A stretch of DNA of 14,313 nucleotides from Planctomycetota bacterium (GTDB taxonomy: Bacteria; Planctomycetota; B15-G4), in assembly GCA_038212275.1 (NCBI GenBank), contig JBBQUR010000036.1, forward strand, positions 1 through 14,313, read 5' to 3'. The notes beneath the pieces were generated by a model that did not search any database, was not told where the DNA came from, and worked only from the letters and a program-made list of their open reading frames with translations. Below are positions 7,869 to 14,313 of this stretch, in pieces; positions within the stretch are counted from its first letter, which is position 1, and the number at the start of each line of letters is the position of its first letter. A program made the translations under genes and the position numbers.

Positions 7869-8795
7869 TCACGGCGTCGTGGCGCGCAGGCCGTTCGTCG
7901 CGGTGAGTCCCGCGGGACCCGTCGCGTCCACGATCCACTCCTGGAAGTAGAGCGAGAAACCTGACGGCAAGCCTGCGGGCCACACGGCGGGAAGTATCAG
8001 CGTGCCGGCGGGGCCGGTGGGCAGGCCGGTGATGATGATGGTCGGTGTGGGGACGAGCGTGCCGCCCTTGAAGGGCACGTTGGCCGCGCCGGCGCCGACG
8101 AACAGCGCGGCGCTGGAGTTGGCCTTGGCGCCGGTGAGGTCCAGCGAGATCGGGTCGCCGGCGAACAGCGTGCCCGAGCCGGTGAGGACAGGTGCGGGGT
8201 TCGCGCCGGCCAGGCCGAGGCCGAGGTCGGTCCACGTGCCGACGCGCGTGAGCTCCACGCGGTAGTCGGCGTCCGGGTCGGAGTTGTCGGCGTAGTAGTG
8301 GTCGTAGGCGCAGAGGAAGAGGTGCGTCGCGCCGGCCGGCACGAGCACCGTGACGACGGGCGACGTGGGCGTGCCGAGGAAGAAGTCTTCGGCGATGTCC
8401 GTGGCCTGGTTGCCCTGGAAGGTCGTGATGGTGAAGAAGTCCTCGCCGGCATCGATCGCGTCGGGCACGCGGTGGAGCAGCGCCGCGCCGAGCAGCGTGG
8501 CGCTCGAGCTGAACACGCCGAGCGTGTCCGTGACCACGTCGCCGCCGGGGCCCTGGTCGAAGTCGCCGAGAACGCGCAGCCGCACCGACGTGCCGGGCAG
8601 CAGGCCCAGCGGCGCGAGCGCGACGGGCACCGCGTTCACCACCGAGTCCGAGTTGACGTGCAGGAAGCTCCCCTTGGCGGTCAGCGGCACGACGGTCTGT
8701 GCGGCGAGCGGCGTCAGCGCACTGCCGGCGACGAGGGCAAGCGCCACCGCCGCGAACGAGGCGAGCGGCATGCGAGACAGCAGGTCGGTGGACAT
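7869..8795 (-). CDS. Secreted hypothetical protein, paralogue A (308 aa)
   Basis: Signal peptide ending LAA-Q. Collinear with 8877-9782 (FLHVNSD, GPGGD, DAG, DNSDP, near-identical C-terminus). Confidence 0.85.
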   Translation of the reverse strand: MSTDLLSRMPLASFAAVALALVAGSALTPLAAQTVVPLTAKGSFLHVNSDSVVNAVPVALAPLGLLPGTSVRLRVLGDFDQGPGGDVVTDTLGVFSSSATLLGAALLHRVPDAIDAGEDFFTITTFQGNQATDIAEDFFLGTPTSPVVTVLVPAGATHLFLCAYDHYYADNSDPDADYRVELTRVGTWTDLGLGLAGANPAPVLTGSGTLFAGDPISLDLTGAKANSSAALFVGAGAANVPFKGGTLVPTPTIIITGLPTGPAGTLILPAVWPAGLPSGFSLYFQEWIVDATGPAGLTATNGLRATTP

Positions 8796-8876
8796 GGGAA
8801 AACTCCGAAAAGTGTGGTGGTGAGCCGTGGTACGCGGTGATGCGTGGTGCGCGGTGCGGCGAGGCTGCGGATCAGG

Positions 8877-9782
8877 TCACGGTGTCGTGGCTTGCAGGCC
8901 GTTCGTCGCGGCGAATCCGGCGGGGCCGGAGGCGTCTGCGATCCACTCCTGGAAGTAGAGCGAGAAGCCGGACGGCAGGCCGGCGGGCCACGCGGCGGGA
9001 AGTGACAGCGCGCCGGCCGGGCCGGTGGGGAGGCCCGTGATGATGAGGTCGGGCGTCGGCACGAGCGTGCCGCCCTTGAGCGGCGCGTTGGCCACGCCGA
9101 AACCGACGATGAGCGCGGCGCTGGAGTTGGCCTTCGCGCCGGTGAGGTCCAGCGTGATCGGCTCGCCGCCGATCAGCGTGCCGGTGCCGGTGAGCAACGG
9201 CGTGCCGCCCGCGCCGGCCAGGCCGTGTCCCAGGTTGGTCCAGCAGCCGACGACCGTGACCTGCAGCGCGTAGTTGCCGTTCGGGTCGGAGTTGTCCTGG
9301 AAGAGCTGGTCGGACGGGCACACGAACAGGAAAGCCGCGCCGGCCGGCACCTTGATGACGATGTCATCGACGCCGGTGGTCGAGATGCTGAAGTCCTCGT
9401 CGATGTCCGTGACCTGGTTGCCGAAGTAGGTGTTCGAGGTCAGCACGTCGATGCCGGCGTCGATCGCGCCCGGCACGCGGTGCAGGTTCGAGCCGGCGAG
9501 CAGCACGCTGCTCGAGCTGAACACGCCGATCATCGACGTGAAGGTGTCGCCGCCCGGGCCGTTGTCGAAATTGCCGAGGCGCGACAGACGCAGGCACTTG
9601 CCGGGCGCGGCACCCAGCGACGCGAGCGAGATGGCCGGCGCGTTGAGCGCGTTGTCCGAGTTGACGTGCAGGAAAGCGACCCTGGGGTCGATCGGCACAG
9701 TCGTGGTCTGCGCGGACAGCGGCGCGGCGAATGAGGTCAGAGCAAGCGCGGCAGCCGCGAGCGGAGCGAGGCGGAGGGACAT
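8877..9782 (-). CDS. Secreted hypothetical protein, paralogue B (301 aa)
   Basis: AAGGAG RBS, signal peptide ending LSA-Q, tandem paralogue of 7869-8795. The ATG itself reads at 9780-9782. Confidence 0.85.
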   Translation of the reverse strand: MSLRLAPLAAAALALTSFAAPLSAQTTTVPIDPRVAFLHVNSDNALNAPAISLASLGAAPGKCLRLSRLGNFDNGPGGDTFTSMIGVFSSSSVLLAGSNLHRVPGAIDAGIDVLTSNTYFGNQVTDIDEDFSISTTGVDDIVIKVPAGAAFLFVCPSDQLFQDNSDPNGNYALQVTVVGCWTNLGHGLAGAGGTPLLTGTGTLIGGEPITLDLTGAKANSSAALIVGFGVANAPLKGGTLVPTPDLIITGLPTGPAGALSLPAAWPAGLPSGFSLYFQEWIADASGPAGFAATNGLQATTP

Positions 9783-9974
9783 GGGGAGACTCCTTGGGGT
9801 GATCGTCGTGGCAGGGCATCGTGCACCCGCTTCGAGCTGCCGTGCAAACCGAAGCTGCCGCTGCCGGCATGACGGAATCGGTGGCGGCGCGCGCGTGTGA
9901 CAGCTGAATTCAGCACGGCCCGGATGTGGGCCGGCCCGACGGCAGCGCGGCCTGTTGCGGCGCGGCCGCCAGGC

Positions 9975-10169
9975 GCGGCGGACCGGGGCAGCAGACCGGC
10001 GCAGCGGACCGGCGCAGCGGGCCGGCGCAGCGGACCGGCGCAGCGGACCGGCGCAGCGGGCCGGCGCAGCGGACCGGCGCAGCGGACCGGCGCAGCGGAC
10101 CGGCGCAGCAGACCGGCGCGGCAGACCGGCGCAGCGGACCGGGGCAGCGGACCGGCGCGGCGGCTCGGC
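9975..10169. repeat. 13-bp tandem repeat, about 15 copies, consensus GCAGCGGACCGGC
   Basis: Contiguous units without spacers, in the divergent intergenic region. Variants GCAGCAGACCGGC and GCAGCGGGCCGGC recur. Confidence 0.95.
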
Positions 10170-10290
10170 AACCGCTGCGCCGCATCCTGACCGTCGTGGC
10201 CTTCGAGCGGCCGGGCGTGCGACAGCACATCGGGCGCATGGCCAGGTCCGTCGCTACGATGTGAGCCCACATCCGACGGGAGAACGGACG

Positions 10291-10716
10291 ATGACGATGC
10301 AGCTCAACCGATTGACCCCCCTGGCCTACTTCCTGCTGCGCGTCGTGGCGGGGCTCATGTTCTTCCAGGTCGGCTCGATGGTCATGCTCGGCTGGTTCGG
10401 CGGCATGCCGGGCGGCGCGGCCTCGCCACCGGAAATCTTCTCGCAGACATGGTTCGGCGGGCTGCTCGAGCTGGTCGGCGGCGCGCTTGTCATGGTGGGG
10501 CTGTTCACGCGGCCGGCCGCCTTCCTCGTGTCGGGGGAGATGGCCGTCGCGTACTTCCAGTTCCACTACATGACGCGCGGTGGTTGGCCGGTGCAGAACG
10601 ACGGCCAGCCCGCCGTGCTCTACTGCTTCGTCTTCCTGCTCATCGCCGCGCAGGGCGCCGGCATCTGGAGCGTGGACGCGATGCTGCAAAAGCGCGAGGC
10701 CGCCGCGCACCGCTGA
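10291..10716 (+). CDS. DoxX family membrane protein
   Basis: LLRVVAGLMFF, GLLELVGGALVMVGLFTRPAAFLVSGEMAVAYF, GAGIWSVD. GGAGA RBS before ATG 10291. Confidence 0.9.
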   Translation: MTMQLNRLTPLAYFLLRVVAGLMFFQVGSMVMLGWFGGMPGGAASPPEIFSQTWFGGLLELVGGALVMVGLFTRPAAFLVSGEMAVAYFQFHYMTRGGWPVQNDGQPAVLYCFVFLLIAAQGAGIWSVDAMLQKREAAAHR

Positions 10717-10808
10717 CCGGCGCGCCGCGCACCACTGACCGGCCCGGAGCCGGTGTGCGACCGATCGATATCCTGTCTCCTCTTTTCCCAATGCCCCGGA
10801 GCGATTCC

Positions 10809-11168
10809 ATGAAGTACGTCGATGGCTACCTGCTGCCCATTCCCACCAAGAACCTCAAGGCCTACACCGCGATGGCCAAGGTCGGCGCGAAGGTGTGGAA
10901 GGATCACGGCGCGCTGCAGTACTGCGAGAGCGTCGGCGAGGACCTGAAGCCGCCGTTCGGCATCCCGTTCCCCAAGCTGATGAAGACCAAGAAGGGCGAG
11001 ACGGTCGTCTTCGCCTTCGTGGTCTACAAGTCGCGCAAGCACCGCGACACCGTCAACGCCAAGGTGATGAAGGACCCGCGCCTGGCCAAGTTCATGGACC
11101 CGAAGAACATGCCCTTCGACTGCACGCGCATGGTGTACGGCGGGTTCTCGGCGATTGTCGGGGGGTGA
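10809..11168 (+). CDS. DUF1428 (YbaA-like) protein
   Basis: YVDGYLLPIP, WKDHGAL, ETVVF, HRDTVNAKVMKDPRL, MPFD..RMVYGGF. Confidence 0.9.
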   Translation: MKYVDGYLLPIPTKNLKAYTAMAKVGAKVWKDHGALQYCESVGEDLKPPFGIPFPKLMKTKKGETVVFAFVVYKSRKHRDTVNAKVMKDPRLAKFMDPKNMPFDCTRMVYGGFSAIVGG

Positions 11169-11199
11169 GAGGACTGGACTTGCGGCGAGGATGCACCAC

Positions 11200-11757
11200 A
11201 TGGCAAGCAGCATGAAAGCCAAGGAACAAGGGCAGTTGATTCGCGCTTTGAAGGATCGCTTCGAAGCGAACATGCCTCGGCATGCCGGACTCTCGTGGGC
11301 CAAGGTGCAAACCCGGCTCGAGGGACATCCTGCTGCCGTGAGTGTGCTGCAGGAGATGGAACGCACGGGCGGCGAGCCGGATGTCATCGGCCAGGACAAG
11401 GCGACCGGCCAGGTGACCTTCTGCGACTGCTCTCCGGAGAGTCCCGAAGGTCGCCGGAGCACCTGCTACGACGGCGAAGCGCTTCGGTCCCGCAAGGAGA
11501 ACCGTCCGAAGAGCAGCGCCGTCGACACGGCCGCCGCCACGGGCATCGAGCTGCTGACCGAGGAGCAGTATCGCGCACTGCAGAAGCTGGGCGAGTTCGA
11601 CATGAAGACGTCGAGCTGGGTGAGCACGCCGCCGGATATCAGGGCGCTGGGGGGAGCGATCTTCTGCGACAGGCGCTACGGCAAGGTGTTCACGTATCAC
11701 AATGGAGCGGCTTCGTATTATGCGGCGAGGGGGTTTCGGGGGGCGGTTCGAGTCTGA
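11200..11757 (+). CDS. DUF4256 domain protein
   Basis: RFEANMPRH, EMERTGGEPDV, DCSPESPEGRRSTCYD, KTSSW, YHNGAASYYAARGFRG. GAGGA RBS; exact start uncertain. Confidence 0.85.
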   Translation: MASSMKAKEQGQLIRALKDRFEANMPRHAGLSWAKVQTRLEGHPAAVSVLQEMERTGGEPDVIGQDKATGQVTFCDCSPESPEGRRSTCYDGEALRSRKENRPKSSAVDTAAATGIELLTEEQYRALQKLGEFDMKTSSWVSTPPDIRALGGAIFCDRRYGKVFTYHNGAASYYAARGFRGAVRV

Positions 11758-12057
11758 CGCACTGATGGTGCGGGCGCGCCGGAGAACGTGGGTTGCGGGA
11801 GAGGGGCGAGCAGATGGTCAGGTTCGACACTGCGTCGACGGCGCATACGCTTTCCGGTCACAAGCTGTGGTCATCCCGTGGTATCCTCCGGCGCGATACG
11901 CTGATCGCGCCCATCGCAGCATCCGGGGGAAGGAATGTGCGTACCGAAGTCATCTCGGGAGAGCGACTTGCGAACGAAATATACCCATCGATCCCGCCGC
12001 GATAGGCAGGTGTGCGGGAGTGGTCACGGCTCGTTGAGCAGGTCCGTTGAAATCATA

Positions 12058-12064
12058 GTCAGGC
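12058..12064 (+). other. Cassette 5' boundary core site (GTCAGGC); upstream half is not an attC (attI-like or secondary site)
   Basis: GTCAGGCGC pairs, with one mismatch, with GCGCCTAAC at 12529-12537. It lies about 30 bp before the cassette ORF. Confidence 0.55.
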
Positions 12065-12089
12065 GCACGACGTCTGCAGGAGGATGCCA

Positions 12090-12461
12090 ATGAACTGGTA
12101 CATCGAAGTCATGAAGAAGTACACCGTCTTCAGTGGCAGGGCCCGCCGCAAGGAGTACTGGATCTTCTTTCTCTTCAATTCGATCTTCATTTTCGCACTC
12201 GTCCTTATTGACAATCTCGCCGGTCTCGCCGACCGTCACACTGGCTACGGACCTCTGGGAATTCTGTACTCTCTCGCGGTGCTTATTCCGAGCATCGGTG
12301 TCGGTGTCCGACGACTTCACGACACAGATCGGAGCGGCTGGTGGCTCTTGATCGCCTTCGTGCCCATCATCGGCGCAATCGTCCTCTTGGTCTTTCAAGT
12401 GAGCGATAGCCAGGCCGGAAGCAATCGCTACGGACCCAATCCTAAGGATGTCGCGGCGTGA
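12090..12461 (+). CDS. DUF805 (YhaH/YhaI-like) inner-membrane protein, gene cassette
   Basis: MNWY..KKY..FSGRARRKEYW, VRRLHDTDRSGWW, NRYGPNPK. AGGAGG RBS. Confidence 0.92.
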   Translation: MNWYIEVMKKYTVFSGRARRKEYWIFFLFNSIFIFALVLIDNLAGLADRHTGYGPLGILYSLAVLIPSIGVGVRRLHDTDRSGWWLLIAFVPIIGAIVLLVFQVSDSQAGSNRYGPNPKDVAA

Positions 12462-12530
12462 TATTCTCGGGGTGGTGTTGTCGGGCGCGGTCCTGCTTCG
12501 ACTCGTTCAGCTCACGATCGTCAGGGCAGC

Positions 12531-12646
12531 GCCTAACTCGCCGCTGCAGCAGACCGGCCGCAGCAGCAGACCGGCCGCAGGTGACGCGAGTGGCTTCGCG
12601 ACACAGCCATGCGCGGCCGGACTGCTGAGCGGCCGAGTCGTTAGCC
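12531..12646 (+). other. Intact attC site (116 bp), no intron
   Basis: R'' GCCTAAC 12531-12537 and R' GTTAGCC 12640-12646. Arms TCGCCGCTGCAGCAGACCGGCCG / CGGCCGGACTGCTGAGCGGCCGA. Internal 17-bp tandem duplication at 12547-12580. Confidence 0.9.
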
Positions 12647-12671
12647 AAACGATGAAGCTTCGCTAAATAAG

Positions 12672-13640
12672 ATGCCGCCCAACGGAGACCTTCCAAGCAA
12701 CTGCTTCATCTGCCGAAGTGCGGTATCCATTGCCTCAAGAAGTGGAATTCGCGATGCCGTCGATATCGCCTGTCCGCGCTGCGGTGAGTACGGCCTCAGT
12801 GGCTCCCTTGCAGTAGAGCTTGGCCATTCGGGCCCGCTCAACAAGAAGACGGGCGCTGCGATCAGCTTCTCGGTCCGGCATATGTCGCGCCAGATGCGTA
12901 ACCCGCTCATCACGCACGAGCTTCTTAGCTCGCTGATCACTGATGCCGTATTGCCGAGCCCCGCAGAGCAGGCAGATCGGATGGTGCTGTGGTTAGGTGA
13001 CAACCTTGAGGGGCCTGGAACAACCGTCGCGATCGAGGTCGTGTCGTATTCCTCGATCATCGGCGCACTTGATGCGGCAGGCGTTCATTTCATCCTGAAG
13101 GCACTACTGGACCGTAAGCTTATTATTGGGGCTAACCAGGTTGGCCCAGTTCAGCAGCTCTCACTGTCGTTCACTGGATGGCAAGAGTATGCCGCACTCA
13201 AGAAAGGCTCCGTGGTGAGCCGGCGGGCATTCATGGCCATGGCGTACAGCAACCTTGCACTTACCAACATTTATCGGGAGCAGTTACGGCCGGCCACGAA
13301 ACAAGCTGGCTTTGACCTTCGTCGTCTGGATGAAGAGCCGCCTGCGGGTTTGCTTGATGCCCGCTTGCGCGTGGAAATCCAGCTTGCTCGGTTTGTCGTC
13401 GCTGATCTCACCGATGCTAACGCAGGAGCGTATTGGGAAGCTGGTTATGCCGAGGGGCTGGGCAAGCCTGTCATCTATACTTGTCGCCACGACGTGTTCA
13501 CCACCAGAGGAACACACTTTGATACGAGTCACCACCATACCATCAAGTGGGATCCTGATAACCCGGCAGATGCCGCGCAGGCACTCAAAGCAACAATCCG
13601 CGCAACGCTTCCCGCTGAAGCCAGAATGCAAGATGAGTAG
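12672..13640 (+). CDS. Cassette protein: Cys-pair (Zn-ribbon-like) N-terminus plus nucleoside 2-deoxyribosyltransferase/TIR-like C-terminal domain
   Basis: CFIC and CPRCG. AFMAMAYS ... ARFVVADLTDANAGAYWEAGYAEGLGKPVIYTC ... HFD. Visibly more AT-rich than the central block. Bounded by GTTAGCC and GGCTAAC. Confidence 0.8.
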   Translation: MPPNGDLPSNCFICRSAVSIASRSGIRDAVDIACPRCGEYGLSGSLAVELGHSGPLNKKTGAAISFSVRHMSRQMRNPLITHELLSSLITDAVLPSPAEQADRMVLWLGDNLEGPGTTVAIEVVSYSSIIGALDAAGVHFILKALLDRKLIIGANQVGPVQQLSLSFTGWQEYAALKKGSVVSRRAFMAMAYSNLALTNIYREQLRPATKQAGFDLRRLDEEPPAGLLDARLRVEIQLARFVVADLTDANAGAYWEAGYAEGLGKPVIYTCRHDVFTTRGTHFDTSHHHTIKWDPDNPADAAQALKATIRATLPAEARMQDE

Positions 13641-13648
13641 CACCCGTT

Positions 13649-13664
13649 GGCTAACACGCCGCTG
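13649..13664 (+). other. attC site, 5' part, interrupted by intron copy 3
   Basis: GGCTAAC is the exact complement of GTTAGCC (12640). It is followed by ACGCCGCTG and then the intron GTGTG. Confidence 0.85.
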
Positions 13665-14174
13665 GTGTGCCTTGAAAGGTTCTGAGGACTTGCCGGTGGA
13701 AGTCCGGTCGTGGTAACCGCCAGAGGGCCACGTAGCAGACTCCCGCTGCTTTTGGGCGACCCGGGGTGGCGAACCGGAGTGTCCCCTCGTGAAGAGGGCG
13801 CAAGGCAGCAGTCCGTACCATGAAGGAAATCCTGCAGCGTCGAAGAGTTAACCCCGCAAGGGGAGCAAGAGAGTGCCGAGCGTCTCAGCGAATCGCGAAG
13901 GCCATGGAGGGGGTGAAGGCTCTTGAAGCGCAGCCCCGAAGAACTCTCCGGCGTAGGGGGAACGGAATGTTGTCACAGTGCTCAGAGCAACAAGGGAGGT
14001 CTCATCCGGTCGCTGGCACCACAGCCAGCGTCAGCTTCGGTATAAGTTGGCAAATGAAATCTGAAGCGATGCCGGGTGAGAAGTTGGAGGGGGTCGTAGT
14101 ACCGTGGATGGCACGTCAAGACAACCGTACCGGAGGGAAGGGCCCCTGCTTCAACCCTGTCAAGCGAGGATGTA
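13665..14174 (+). mobile_element. Group II intron copy 3, domains I-III, interrupted at the start of DIV
   Basis: 5' GTGTG (GUGYG). GCCGAG...GCGAAGGC element enclosing putative EBS1 CAGCG (13886-13890). 13943-14174 differs from 1-233 by 6 substitutions and 1 indel. Confidence 0.92.
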
Positions 14175-14313
14175 CTGAGTCTTGCATTGGATAGGGAGTG
14201 AACGTGTCACCATCCGAGTGCCTCGCGGATGTAGCTCACTTCGGGGTGGCCGAAGAAAGCGCGCACACGTTCGCGGTCACTCTTGACGTTGGCAAGCTCG
14301 TCCTCGACCGCCT
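14175..14313 (-). mobile_element. IS630-family-like insertion sequence, right end (partial)
   Basis: Intron similarity stops right after a TA (14173-14174), the IS630 target. A minus-strand ORF tail ends 32 bp from the junction. Confidence 0.7.
14207..14313 (-). CDS. C-terminus of a probable IS630-family transposase (partial)
   Basis: Manual translation AVEDELANVKSDRERVRAFFGHPEVSYIREALGW*, resembling the 'xRxFFxHPxVxYI' tail of IS630 transposases. Not in the ORF track. Confidence 0.62.
   Translation of the reverse strand, partial: AVEDELANVKSDRERVRAFFGHPEVSYIREALGW

Noticed and set aside
9975..10169. CRISPR array or coding extension of DoxX
   Set aside because: Units are contiguous 13-mers with no spacers and no cas genes nearby. 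DoxX has its own RBS and ATG at 10291.
11758..12057. intI remnant, Pc promoter or confirmed attI
   Set aside because: No tyrosine-recombinase motifs or convincing -35/-10 pair found by eye; only the core heptamer at 12058 is supportable.
12448..12666. 72-aa ORF between cassettes
   Set aside because: It spans the attC palindrome and has no protein-like features beyond a short hydrophobic run.
13820..14194. 124-aa ORF
   Set aside because: It lies within intron domains I-III and crosses the IS junction.

Overview
GC-rich bacterial DNA; gene content suggests Planctomycetota (inference). Both ends of the window hold integron-type gene cassettes with attC sites, but no integrase is visible. Three of the four attC sites are interrupted at the same position (..CCGCTG|CAGC..) by copies of one group II intron: an ORF-less 3' part (1-529), a 46-bp 5' stub (1034-1079) and a 5' part (13665-14174) broken by an IS630-like element. 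The intron's putative EBS1/EBS2 are complementary to the attC top strand. It therefore looks like a IIB-like, attC-homing, probably non-autonomous intron, different from the known IIC-attC introns. Between the cassette clusters lies about 11 kb of chromosomal-type genes: an alpha/beta hydrolase, a PTP/DSP phosphatase, a TPR Ser/Thr kinase preceded by a 70-aa stand-alone paralogue of its own N-terminal domain, a divergent ECF sigma factor, two paralogous secreted proteins, a 13-bp tandem repeat whose unit matches attC arm sequence, and DoxX, DUF1428 and DUF4256 genes. The cassettes encode a membrane protein, a DUF805 protein and a Zn-ribbon/NDT-fold putative defence protein. All family calls are from motif recognition by eye; no searches were run.
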